A stretch of 64,000 nucleotides of DNA from positions 4,650,001 to 4,714,000 of the forward strand of contig OZ024741.1 of assembly GCA_964016885.1 (NCBI GenBank), in the 5' to 3' direction. The notes beneath the pieces were generated by a model. It was not told the DNA's origin and made no database searches. It was given only the letters and a program-made list of their open reading frames with translations. The stretch comes from Eledone cirrhosa. Taxonomy: Eukaryota. Made by a program: the position numbers and the translations under genes. Below, one piece after another: positions 37,784 through 52,200 of the stretch. The first letter of the stretch is position 1; the number at the start of each line of letters is the position of its first letter.

Positions 37784-38464
37784 TTAATGCTTTCAATTGA
37801 GTGAATTTAGTTGAGAAAAATTGTGGGAATACAGTTATATATTTATAAACAAGAGGTATAAGTCAACATTTCATAATTTACTTCTTTCATTACCATTATA
37901 TATATTTCGGTGATAGCCACAATTCAACAGCTATGACCTCATTTAATGTCCATTTTCCATGCTAGCATGGGTAGGACAGGCTGTCCCATTTGAGGCAAGT
38001 CATGTCAGGTGATTGTCCATTTCCTTGTGCATCTCCATGCTGACATTGTTTAAAGAAAAACACTGATGTTTGTTTATATCCTGCATAAACAATATGTCTC
38101 ACAGCTAACTAGTTAGGCAAAGATGAGTAGTATTCAAGGCTGACCAAGATACTCTCATGGAATGACCATATGAAGTTTATTTTATAAAATAGTCCCTGGA
38201 AAGAGTTGAAATTAATGCATGCAAGATTTCACAGCTCTAGCATCACTCCTTCATAGTCAGCCTATGAATTTTTCAACCTACCTTTGTATAACATACTTAA
38301 AATGGATTGATATCAGCAAGGGCATCTGACCATAGTAAAACTGCCTGAAAAAAGTCTTGTTTAACCAATGCTTTCATCATCATCATCACTGTTTAACAAT
38401 TTATTTTCCATGCTTGTATGAGTTAAACAGATTGTCACATTGAGACTAGATAGTTACAAACATG

Positions 38465-38688
38465 TGATGATGACCGCTGGCTGAAGAAATACCAGGAAAT
38501 GCTAGTGGAAGGAAGTCACAGCAGAAGTAGACCAATAAAGACCTGGGCAGAGGTGGTGAGATTTGACCTTAAATCACTGAGACTCATAGAGGAAATGACA
38601 AAGAAATGTGGAGAGCTGCTGTGCTGAGAAGGACCCGTCCAACCCATGCAAGTGTGAAAAAACAGATGTAAAAACAATGATGATGATA
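38465..38688 (+). mobile_element. RTE LINE extreme 3' end with (GAT)n tail
   Basis: DDDRWLKKYQEMLVEGSHSRSRPIKTWAEVVRFDL, then ACCCATGCAAGTGTGAAAAAACAGATGTAAAAACAATGATGATGAT. Confidence 0.8.
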
Positions 38689-39252
38689 GGTCAATTGACA
38701 ATGTTTTGCTATGTTATGAGATGTGTTCACTGAGTAAAAGAGAGAAAAATAATTTTTTCATTAATAAAAAATATATTTTTCTTTGATAGTGAGGTTTTTA
38801 AATGTTGTCATGTCCTAGACACAGCTGAAGAGTCCTCCCAACCCTTTGTTTGGTAAGATTTCTACAGCTGGAGGCCCTTCCTAATACCACTTTACAGCAT
38901 GTACTCGCTGTTTTTTCTTGCCACCAGCACTACCACCTTACAGAGCACACTGGGTGCTTTTTGACATGGCACCAATACTACCACCTTACAGTGCAGACTG
39001 GGTGCTTTTTGACATGGCACCAACATTGAGTGCATAACATCTGTTATGCTGTGGACTAGACCATGTGGAAATGGAAGATGTCTAAGAAGGAGAGGGGGGA
39101 TATCTGTGCACATCTGGAATGAGTCATCCATTATATTTATTCGCATGTTAGACTATAGACTAAAAAAAAAGTCAAACACTTGATAAACAAACCTACATTC
39201 AACACTTTTCCATTCTTTGTCCTGGTTGGCTTCTGTATTCTTTCAACATCTT

Positions 39253-39438
<186 letters not shown>

Positions 39439-39701
39439 AATCAAAATCTCCTGTCCTTTAAGTATGTAGGTTAACAAGGGAGCCTTTGTAGCTCAACACA
39501 ATAGAAATAGTAGCTAACTGTTTTGTAATAGCATGATCACTGATCCTCTATTCCAGGATCCTTTACCAAACAATTATAATTCTGAAATAATTTACCACTC
39601 TAATTCGTTGTTTCTTGTACATTCTGTTTCTTGTATCTCTACTTCCTGTTTGTTTTTTAATGTTTTTATTTATGTATATATTTCTTCCATTGTTTTTCCA
39701 G

Positions 39702-39837
39702 GTTTGGTTTTGGCATTATTCTTATTTTATTGTTCTTCTTTGGCTGTTTCTGGAAATATAGACAGAATAGTAATTACCTGATAATCCGTACAGATATTCC
39801 TTATACAACAATTCACTCACACACTGCCATGAATGCT
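39702..39837 (+). CDS. Exon of a VOPP1/WBP1-like gene: TM helix and start of cytoplasmic tail (FGFGIILILLFFFGCFWKYRQNSNYLIIRTDIPYTTIHSHTAMNA)
   Basis: TTTTTCCAG acceptor, GTATGT donor; phase matches the previous exon (TG+G = Trp); hydrophobic run followed by KYR; no stop codon. Confidence 0.83.
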
Positions 39838-39907
39838 GTATGTACCAACTTTGTTTTCTCTTATTCAATCTCTTTATATCTTCTTTCTTAGCACTCTTGT
39901 ACCTTTT

Positions 39908-40210
39908 CTATTGTGACATTATATTGTGGTACCTATTATATTGACATTATATTGTGGTAACTATTATATTGTGGTACCTATTGTATTGTGGTACCTGTTG
40001 TACTGTGACATTATATTGTAGTACCTATTTCATTGTGACATTATATTATGGTACCTATTTCATTGTGACATTATATTGTGATACCTATTATATTGTGACA
40101 TTATATTATGGTACCTATTATATTGTGACATTATATTGTGGTGCCTATTGTATGTGACATTACATTGTGGTGCCTATTGTATTGTGCCATTATATTGTGC
40201 TACCTATTGT
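39908..40210. repeat. About 30-bp minisatellite ATTGTGACATTATATTGTGGTACCTATTAT
   Basis: About 10 diverged copies directly upstream of the 17-bp array. Confidence 0.9.
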
Positions 40211-40239
40211 CTGACATGACTATATTATGAGTGTCGCGA

Positions 40240-43200
40240 TAGTTATACTGTAGCTGTAGTTATACTGTAACTGTAGTTATACTGTCACTGTAGTTATACT
40301 GTCACTGAAGTTATACTGTAACTGTAGTTATACTGCAACTGTAGTTATACTGTAGCTGGAGTTATACTGTAGCTGTAGTTATACTGTGACTGTAGTTATA
40401 CTGTAGCTGTAGTTATACTGTAGCTGTAGTTATACTGTAGCTGTAGTTATACTGTAGCTGTAGTTATACTGTGACTGTAGTTATACTGTAGCTGTAGTTA
40501 TACTGTAGCTGTAGTTATACTGTGACTGTAGTTATACTGTAGCTGTAGTTATACTATAGCTGTAGTTATACTGTAACTGTAGTTATACTGTAGCTGTAGT
40601 TATACTGTAACTGTAGTTATACTGTAGCTGTAGTTATACTGTAACTGTAGTTATACTGTAACTGTAGTTTTACTGTAACTGTAGTTATACTGTAGCTGTA
40701 GTTATACTGTAGCTGTAGTTATACTGTAGCTGTAGTTATACTGTAACTGTAGTTATACTGTAACTGTAGTTATACTGTAACTCTAGTTATACTGTAACTG
40801 TAGCTGTAGTTATACTGTAACTGTAGTTATACTGTAGCTGTAGTTATACTGTAACTGTAGTTATACTGTAACTGTAGTTATACTGTAACTGTAGTTATAC
40901 TGTAGCTGTAGTTATACTGTAGCTGTAGTTATATTGTAGCTGTAGTTATACTGTAGCTGTAGTTATACTGTAGCTGTAGTTATACTGTAACTGTAGTTAT
41001 ACTGTAACTCTAGTTATACTGTAACTGTAGCTGTAGTTATACTGTAGCTGTAGTTATATTGTAGCTGTAGTTATACTGTAGCTGTAGTTATACTGTAGCT
41101 GTAGTTATACTGTAGCTGTAGTTATGCTGTAGCTGTAGTTATGCTGTAGCTGTAGTTATACTGTAGCTGTAGTTATACTGTAACTGTAGTTATACTGTAA
41201 CTCTAGTTATACTGTAACTGTAGCTGTAGTTATACTGTAGCTGTAGTTATGCTGTAGCTGTAGTTATACTGTAGCTGTAGTTATACTGTAACTGTAGTTA
41301 TACTGTAGCTGTAGTTATACTGTAACTGTAATTATACTGTAACTGTAGTTATACTGTAACTGTAGCTGTAGTTATACTGTAGCTGTAGTTATACTGTAAC
41401 TGTAGTTATACTGTAGCTATACTGTGACTGTAACTGTAGTTATACTGTAACTGTAGTTATACTGTAACTGTAGCTATACTGTAGCTGTAGTTATACTGTA
41501 GCTGTAGTTATATTGTAGCTGTAGTTATACTGTAGCTGTAGTTATACTGTAGCTGTAGTTATACTGTAGCTGTAGTTATACTGTAGCTGTTGTTATACTG
41601 TAGCTGTAGTTATACTGTAACTGTAGTTATACTGTAACTGTAGTTATACTGTCACTGTAGTTATACTGTCACTGTAGTTATACTGTAACTGTAGTGATAC
41701 TGCAACTGTAGTTATACTGTAGCTGTAATTATACTGTAGCTGTAGTTATACTGTAGCTGTAGTTATACTGTAGCTGTAGTTATACTGTAGCTGTAGTTAT
41801 ACTGTAGCTGTAGTTATACTGTAACTGTAGTTATACTGTAGCTGTAGTTATACTGTAACTGTAGTTATACTGTGACTGTAGTTATACTGTGACTATAGTT
41901 ATACTGTGACTAATTATACTGTAACTGTAGTTATACTGTGACTGTAGTTATACTGTGACTGTAGTTATACTGTGACTGTAGTTATACTGCAACTGTAGTT
42001 ATACTGTGACTGTACTTATACTGCGACTGTAGTTATACTGTAACTGCAGTTATACTGTAACTGCAGTTATACTGTAACTGTAGTTATACTGTAGCTATAC
42101 TGTGACTGTAGTTATACTGTAACTGTAGTTATATTGTAGCTGTATTTATCCTGTGACTGTAGTTATACTGTAGCTGTAGTTATACTGTAGCTGTAGTTAT
42201 ACTGTGACTGTAGTTATACTGTAACTGTAGTTATACTGTATCTGTAGTTATACTGTAACTGTAGGTATACTGTAGCTGTAGTTATACTGTAACTGTAGAT
42301 ATACTGTGTCTGTAGTTATACTGTGACTGTAGTTATACTGTGACTAGTTAAACTGTAACTGTAGTTATACACTGACTGTAGTTATACTGTAACTGTAGTT
42401 ATACTGTGACTGTAGTTATACTGTAACTGTAGTTATACTGTGACTGTAGTTATACTGTGACTGTAGTTATACTGTGACTGTAGTTATACTGTAGCTGTAG
42501 TTAAACCATAACTGTAGGTATACTGTGACTAGTTATACTCTAGCTGTAGTTATACTGTGACTGTAGTTATACTGTAACTGCAGTTATACTGTAACTGCAG
42601 TTATACTGTAAATGTAGTTATACTGTAGCTATAGTTATACTGTAACTGTAGTTATACTGTGACTGTAGTTATACTGTAACTGCAGTTATACTGTAACTGT
42701 AGTTATACTGTAACTGCAGTTATACTGTAACTAGTTATACTGTAACTGTAGTTATAATGTAAATGTAGTTATACTGTAGCTGTAGTTATACTGTAACTGT
42801 AGTTATACTGTGACTGTAGTTATAGTGTAACTGTTGTTATACTGTAGCTGTAGTTCTACTGTAGCTGTAGTTATACTGTGACTGTAGTTATACTGTAACT
42901 GTAGTTATACTGTAACTGTAGTTATACTGTGACTGTAGTTATACTGTAACTGTAGTTATTCTGTAACTGTAGTTATACTGTAACTGTAGTTATACTGTAA
43001 CTGTAGTTATACTGTAACTGTAGTTATACTGTAGCTGTAGTTATACTGTAGCTGTAGTTCTACTGTGGCTGTAGTTATACTGTGACTGTAGTTATACTGT
43101 GACTGTAGTTATACTGTAACTGTAGTTATACTGTGACTGTAGTTATACTGTGACTGTAGTTATTCTGTAACTGTAGTTATACTGTAACTGTAGTTATACT

Positions 43201-46200
43201 GTAACTGTAGTTATACTGTAACTGTAGTTATACTGTAACTGTAGTTATACTGTAACTGTAGATATACTGTGTCTGTAGTTATACTGTGACTGTAGTTATA
43301 CTGTGACTGTAGTTATACTGTGACTGTAGTTATACTGTGACTAGTTAAACTGTAACTGTAGTTATACTCTGACTGTAGTTATACTGTAACTGTAGTTATA
43401 CTGTAACTGTTGTTATACTGTGACTGTAGTTATACTGTGACTGTAGTTATACTATAGCTGTAGTTAAACCATAACTATAGATATACTGTGACTAGTTATA
43501 CTCTAGCTGTAGTTATACTGTGCCTGTAGTTATACTGTAACTGCAGTTATACTGTAGCTATAGTTATACTGTAACTGTAGTTATACTGTAACTGTAGTTA
43601 TACTGTGACTGTAGTTATACTGTAACTGTAGTTATACTGTAACTGTAGTTATACTGTAGCTGTAGTTATACTGTAGCTGTAGTTATACTGTAGCTGTAGT
43701 GATATTGTGACTGTAGTTATACTGTAACTGTAGTTATACTGTAGCTGTAGTTATACTGTAACTGTAGTTATACTGTAACTGTAGTTATACTGTAGCTGTA
43801 GTTATACTGTAACTGTAGTTATACTGTAGCTGTCGTTATACTGTAACTGTAGTTATACTGTAACTGTAGTTATAGTGTAGCTGTAGTTATACTGTAGCTG
43901 TAGTTATACTGTAGCTGTAGTTATACTGTAACTGTAGTTATACTGTAACTCTAGTTATACTGTAACTGTAGCTGTAGTTATATTGTAGCTGTAGTTATAC
44001 TGTAGCTGTAGTTATACTGTAACTGTAGTTATACTGTAACTCTAGTTATACTGTAGCTGTAGTTATACTGTAGCTGTAGTTATATTGTAGCTGTAGTTAT
44101 ACTGTAGCTGTAGTTATACTGTAGCTGTAGTTATACTGTAGCTGTAGTTATACTGTAACTCTAGTTATACTGTAACTGTAGCTGTAGTTATACTGTAACT
44201 GTAGCTGTAGTTATACTGTAGCTGTAGTTATATTGTAGCTGTAGTTATACTGTAGCTGTAGTTATACTGTAGCTGTAGTTATACTGTAGCTGTAGTTATG
44301 ATGTAGCTGTAGTTATACTGTAGCTGTAGTTATACTGTAGCTGTAGTTATACTGTAACTGTAGTTATACTGTAACTGTAGTTATACTGTAGCTGTAGTTA
44401 TACTGTAACTGTAGTTATACTTTAACTCTAGTTATACTGTAACTGTAGCTGTAGTTATACTGTAGCTGTAGTTATGCTGTAGCTGTAGTTATACTGTAGC
44501 TGTAGTTATACTGTAGCTGTAGTTATACTGTAACTGTAGTTATACTGTAGCTGTAGTTATACTGTAACTGTAATTATACTGTAACTGTAGTTATACTGTA
44601 ACTGTAGCTGTAGTTATACTGTAGCTGTACTTATACTGTAACTGTAGTTATACTGTAGCTGTAGTTATACTGTAGCTGTAGTTATACTGTAACTGTAGTT
44701 ATACTGTAGCTGTAGTTATACTGTAGCTGTAGTTATACTGTAGCTGTTGTTATACTGTAGCTGTAGTTATACTGTAACTGTAGTTATACTGTCACTGTAG
44801 TTATACTGTCACTGTAGTTATACTGTCACTGTAGTTATACTGTAACTGTAGTGATACTGCAACTGTAGTTATACTGTAGCTGTAATTATACTGTAGCTGT
44901 AGTTATACTGTAGCTGTAGTTATACTGTAGCTGTAGTTATACTGTAGCTGTAGTTATACTGTAGCTGTAGTTATACTGTAACTGTAGTTATACTGTAGCT
45001 GTAGTTATACTGTAGCTGTAGTTATACTGTAGCTGCAGTTATACTGTAACTGTAGTTATACTGTGACTGTAGTTATACTGTGACTATAGTTATACTGTGA
45101 CTAATTATACTGTAACTGTAGTTATACTGTGACTGTAGTTATACTGTGACTGTAGTTATACTGTGACTGTAGTTATACTGCAACTGTAGTTATACTGTGA
45201 CTGTACTTATACTGTGACTGTAGTTATACTGTAAATGCAGTTATACTGTAACTGCAGTTATACTGTAACTGTATTTATACTGAAGCTATACTGTGACTGT
45301 AGTTATACTGTAACTGTAGTTATATTGTAGCTGTATTTATCCTGTGACTGTAGTTATACTGTAGCTGTAGTTATACTGTAGCTGTAGTTATACTGTAACT
45401 GTAGTTATACTGTATCTGTAGTTATACTGTAACTGTAGGTATATTGTAGCTGTAGTTATACTGTAACTGTAGATATACTGTGTCTGTAGTTATACTGTGT
45501 CTGTAGTTATACTGTGACTAGTTAAACTGTAACTGTAGTTATACACTGACTGTAGTTATACTGTGACTAGTTAAACTGTAACTGTAGTTATACTGTAACT
45601 GTTGTTATACTGTAGCTGTAGTTAAACCATAACTGTAGGTATAATGTGACTAGTTATACTCTAGCTGTAGTTATACTGTGACTGTAGTTATACTGTAACT
45701 GCAGTTAAACTGTAACTGCAGTTATACTGTAAATGTAGTTATACTGTAGCTATAGTTATACTGTGACTGTAGTTATACTGTAACTGCAGTTATACTGTAA
45801 CTGTAGTTATACTCTAGCTGTAGTTATACTGTGACTGTAGTTATACTGGAGCTGTAGTTATACTTTAACTGCAGTTATACTGTAACTGTAGTTATACTGT
45901 AAATGTAATTATACTGTAACTGCAGTTATACTGTAACTGCAGTTATACTGTGACTGTAGTTATGTGGTGACTGTATTTATACTGTGACTGTAGTTATACT
46001 GTGACTGTAGTTATACTGTAACTGCAGTTATACTGTAGCTGTAGTTATAATGTGACTGTAGTTATACTGTAACTGTAGTTATACTGTAACTGCAGTTATA
46101 CTGTAGCTGTAGTTATACTGTGACTGTAGTTATACTGTAACTGTAGTTATACTGTAACTGTAGTTATACTGTGACTGTAGTTATACTGTGACTGTAGTTA

Positions 46201-49200
46201 TACTGTAACTGTATTTATACTGTAACTGTATTTATACTGTAACTGTAGTTATACTGTAACTGCAGTTATACTGTAACTGTAGTTATACTGTAACTGTAGT
46301 TCTACTGTAGCTGTAGTTCTACTGTGACTAGTTATACTGTAACTGTAGTTATACTGTAACTGCAGTTATACTGTAACTGTAGTTATACTCTAACTGCAGT
46401 TATACTGTAACTGTAGTTATAATGTAAATGTAGTTATAATGTAAATGTAGTTATACTGTAGCTGTAGTTATACTGTAACTGTAGTTATACCGTGACTGTA
46501 GTTATACTGTGACTGTAGTTATACTGTAACTGTAGTTATTCTGTAACTGTAGTTATACTGTAACTGTAGTTATACTGTAACTGTAGTTATACTGTAACTG
46601 TAATTATACTGTAACTGTAGTTATACTGTAACTGTAATTATACTGTAACTGTAGTTATACTGTAACTGTAGTTATACTGTAGCTGTAGTGATACTGTAGC
46701 TGTAGTTATACTGTAACTGTAGTGATACTGTAGCTGTAGTTATACTGTAACTGTAGTTATACTGTAACTGTAGTTATACTGTAGCTGTAGTTATACTGTA
46801 ACTGTAGTTATACTGTAACTGTAGTTATACTGCAACTGTAGTTATACTGTAGCTGTAGTTATACTGCAACTGTAGTTATACTGTAGCTGTAGTTATGCTG
46901 TGACTGTAGTTATACTGTAACTGTAGTTATACTGTGACTGTAGTTAAACTGTAACTGTAGTTATACTGTGACTGTAGTTATACCGCAACTTTAGTTATAC
47001 TGTGACTGTAGTTATATTGTAACTACAGTTATACTGTAACTGTAGTTATACTGTAGCTATGCTGTGACTGTAGTTATACTGTAACTGTACTTATATTGTA
47101 GCTGTAGTTATACTGTGACTGTAGTTATACTGTAACTGTAGTTATACTGTATCTGTAGTTATACAGTGACTGTAGTTATACTGTGACTGTAGTTATACTG
47201 TAACTGTAGTTATACTGTAACTGTAGATATACTGTGTCTGTAGTTATACTGTGACTGTAGTTATACTGTAACTAGTTATACTATGACTGTAGTTATACTC
47301 TCACTGTAGTTATACTGTCACTGTAGATATACTGTAACTGTAGTTATACTGTAACTGTAGTTAAACTGACTGTAGTTATACTGTAACTGTAGATATACTG
47401 TAACTAGTTAAACTGTGACTGTAGTTATACTGTAACTGTAGTTAAACTGTAACTGTAGTTATACTGTGACTGTAGTTATACTGTGACTAGTTAAACTGTA
47501 ACTGTAGTTATACTGTAACTGTTGTTATACTGTGACTGTAGTTATACTGTAGCTGTAGTTAAACCATAACTGTAGGTATACTGTGACTAGTTATACTCTA
47601 GCTGTAGTTATACTGTGACTGTAGTTATACTGTAACTGCAGTTAAACTGTAACTGCAGTTATACTGTAACTGTAGTTATACTCTACAGCTACAGTATAAC
47701 TACAGTCACAGTATAACTACAGCTCCAGTATAACTACAGCTACAGTATAACTACAGCTAGTTATTCTGGAGCTGTAGTTATACTGTGACTGTAGTTATAC
47801 TGTAACTGTAGTTATACTGTAACTGTAGTTATACTGTAGCTGTAGTTATACTGTGACTGTAGTTATACTGTAAGTGTAGTTATACTGTGACTGCAGTTAT
47901 ACTGTAATTGTAGTTATACTGTAACTGCAGTTATACTGTAATTGTAGTTATACTGTAAATGTAGTTATACTGTGACTGTAGTTATAGTGTAACTGTTGTT
48001 ATACTGTATCTAGTTATACTGTACTGTAGTTATACTTTACCTGCAGTTATACTGTAGCTGTAGTTATACTGTGACTGTTGTTATAGTGTAACTGTTGTTA
48101 TACTGTAACTAGTTATACTGTAGCTGTAGTTCTACTGTGACTGCAGTTATACTGTAACTGTAGTTATACTGTAACTGTAGTTATACTGTAGCTGGAGTTA
48201 TACTGTAGCTGTAGTTCTACTGTGACTGTAGTTATACTGTGACTGTAGTTATACTGTAAATGTATTTATACTGTAGCTGTAGTTATACTGTAGCTGTAGT
48301 TATACTGTAACTGTAGTTATACTGTAGCTGTAGTTATACTGTAACTGTAGTTATACTGTAGCTGTAGTTATACTGTAGCTGTAGTGATATAGTGACTGTA
48401 GATATACTGCAACTGTAGTTATACTGTAGCTGTAGTTATACTGTAACTGTAGTTATACTGTGACTGTAGTTATACTGTAACTGTAGTTAAACTGTAACTG
48501 TAGTTATACTGTGACTGTAGTTATACTGTAACTGTAGTTATATTGTAACTGTAGTTAAACTGTAACTGTAGTTATACTGTAACTGTAGATATACTGTAAC
48601 TAGTTAAACTGTGACTGTAGTTATACTGTAACTGTAGTTATATTGTAACTGTAGTTAAACTGTAACTGTAGTTATACTGTGACTGTAGTTATACTGTGAC
48701 TGTAGTTATATTGTAACTGTAGTTAAACTGTAACTGTAGTTATACTATGACTGTAGTTATACTCTCACTGTAGTTATACTGTCACTGTAGATATACTGTA
48801 ACTGTAGTTATACTGTAACTGTAGTTAAACTGTGACTGTAGTTATACTGTAACTGTAGATATACTGTAACTAGTTAAACTGTGACTGTAGTTATACTGTA
48901 ACTGTAGTTATATTGTAACTGTAGTTAAACTGTAACTGTAGTTATACTGTGACTGTAGTTATACTGTGACTAGTTAAACTGTAACTGTAGTTATACTGTA
49001 ACTGTTGTTATACTGTGACTGTAGTTATACTGTAGCTGTAGTTAAACCATAACTGTAGGTATACTGTGACTAGTTATACTCTAGCTGTAGTTATACTGTG
49101 ACTGTAGTTATACTGTAACTGCAGTTAAACTGTAACTGCAGTTATACTGTAAATGTAGTTATACTGTAGCTATAGTTATACTGTAACTGTAGTTATACTG

Positions 49201-52200
49201 TAACTGTAGTTATACTGTGACTGTAGTTATACTGTAACTGCAGTTATACTGTAACTGTAGTTATACTCTAGCTGTAGTTATACTGTAGCTGTAGTTATAC
49301 TGGAGCTGTAGTTATACTGTGACTGTAGTTATACTGTAACTGTAGTTATACTGTAGCTGTAGTTATACTGTGACTGTAGTTATACTGTAACTGTAGTTAT
49401 ACTGTGACTGTAGTTATACTGTAACTGTAGTTATACTGTAACTGTAGTTATACTGTAACTGTAGTTATACTGTGACTTTAGTTATACTGTAGCTGTAGTT
49501 ATACTGTGACTGTAGTTATACTTTAACTGCAGTTATACTGTAATTGTAGTTATACTGTAAATGTAGTTATACTGTAACTGTAGTTATACTGTGACTGTAG
49601 TTATAGTGTAACTGTTGTTATACTGTAACTAGTTATACTGTACTGTAGTTATACTTTACCTGCAGTTATACTGTAGCTGTAGTTATACTGTGACTGTTGT
49701 TATACTGTAGCTGTAGTTCTACTGTGACTGCAGTTATACTGTAACTGTAGTTATACTGTAACTAGTTATACTGTAGCTGTAGTTATACTGTAGCTGTAGT
49801 TCTACTGTGACTGTAGTTATACTGTGACTGTAGTTATACTGTGACTGTAGTTATACTGTGACTAGTTGTACTGTGACTGTAGTTATACTGTAACTGAAGT
49901 TATACTGTGACTGCAGTTATACTGTGACTGTAGTTATACTGTGACTGTAGTTATACTGTAGCTGTAGTTATACTGTAACTGAAGTTATACTGTGACTGTA
50001 GTTATACTGTAGCTGTAGTTATACTGTAGCTGTAGTTATACTGTAGCTGTAGTTATCCTGTAACTGTAGTTATACTGTAACTGTAGTTATACTGTAACTG
50101 TAGTTATACTGTAACTGTAGTTATACTGTAGCTGTAGTTATACTGTAGCTGTAGTGATACTGTAGCTGTAGTTATTCTGTAACTGTAGTTATACTGTAAC
50201 TGTATTTATACTGTAACTGTAGTTATACTGTAACTGTAGTTATACTGTAGCTGTAGTTATACTGTAGCTGTATTTATACTGTAGCTGTAGTTATACTGTA
50301 ACTGTAGTTATACTGTAGCTGTAGTTATACTGTAACTGTAGTTATACTGTAGCTGTAGTTATACTGTAGCTGTAGTGATATTGTGACTGTAGTTATACTG
50401 CAACTGTAGTTATACTGTAACTGTAGTTATACTGTAGCTGTAGTTATACTGTAACTGTAGTTATACTGTAGCTGTAGTTATACTGTAGCTGTAGTGATAT
50501 TGTGTCTGTAGTTATACTGCAACTGTAGTTATACTGTAACTGTAGTTATACTGTAGCTATAGTTATACTGTAGCTGTTGTTATACTGTAGCTGTAGTGAT
50601 ATGGTGACTGTAGATATACTGCAACTGTAGTTATACTGTGACTGTAGTTATACTGTAGCTGTAGTTATACTGTAACTGTAGTTATACTGTAACTGTAGTT
50701 ATACTGTAACTGTAGTTATACTGTAACTGTAGTTATACAGTAACTGTAGTTATACTGTAACTGTAGTTATACTGTAACTGTAGTTATACTGTAACTGTAG
50801 TTATACTGTAGCTGTAGTTATACTGTAGCTGTAGTTATACTGTAGCTGTAGTTATACTGTGACTGTAGTTATACTGTAGCTGTAGTTATACTGTAGCTGT
50901 AGTTATACTGTAACTGTAGTTATACTGTAACTGTAGTTATACTGTAACTGTAGTTATACTGTAACTGTAGCTGTAGTTATACTGTAACTGTAGATATACT
51001 GTGTCTGTAGTTATACTGTAACTGTAGATATACTGTGTCTGTAGTTATACTGTAACTGTAGATATACTGTGTCTGTAGTTATACTGTGACTGTAGTTATA
51101 CTGTGACTGTAGTTATACTGTGACTAGTTAAACTGTAACTGTAGTTATACTATGACTGTAGTTATACTGTAACTGTTGTTATACTGTGACTGTAGTTATA
51201 ATGTGACTGTAGTTATACTGTAGCTGTAGTTAAACCATAACTGTAGATATACTGTGACTAGTTATACTCTAGCTGTAGTTATACTGTGACTGTAGTTATA
51301 CTGTAACTGCAGTTATACTGTGACTGCAGTTATACTGTAAATGTAGTTATACTGTAACTGTAGTAATACTGTGACTGTAGTTATACTGTAACTGCAGTTA
51401 TACTGTAACTGTAGTTATACTGTGACTGTAGTTATACTGGAGCTGTAGTTATACTGTGACTGTAGTTATACTTTAACTGCAGTTATACTGTAACTGTAGT
51501 TATACTGTAAATGTAATTATACTGTAGCTGTAGTTATACTGTAACTGTAGTTATACTGTGACTGTAGTTATACTGTGACAGTAGTTATAGTGTAATTGTA
51601 GTTATACTGTAGCTGTAGTTATACTGTAACTGCAGTTATACTGTAACTGCAGTTATACTGTGACTGTAGTTATACTGTGACTGTAGTTATACTGTGACTG
51701 TATTTATACTGTAACTGTAGTTATACTGTAACTGCAGTTATACTGTAGCTGTAGTTATACTGTGACTGTAGTTATACTGTAACTGTAGTTATACTGTAAC
51801 TGCAGTTATACTGTAGCTGTAGTTATACTGTGACTGTAGTTATACTGTAACTGTAGTTATACTGTAACTGTATTTATACTGTAACTGTAGTTATACTGTA
51901 ACTGCAGTTATACTGTAACTGTAGTTATACTGTAACTGTAGTTATACTGTAACTGTAGTTATACTGTAACTGTAGTTCTACTGTAGCTGTAGTTCTACTG
52001 TGACTGTAGTTCTACTGTGACTGTAGTTATACTGTAACTGTAGTTATACTGTAACTGCAGTTATACTGTAACTGCAGTTATACTGTAACTGTAGTTATAC
52101 TGTAACTGCAGTTATACTGTAACTGTAGTTATAATGTAAATGTAGTTATACTGTAGCTGTAGTTATACTGTAGCTGTAGTTATACTGTAACTGTAGTTAT

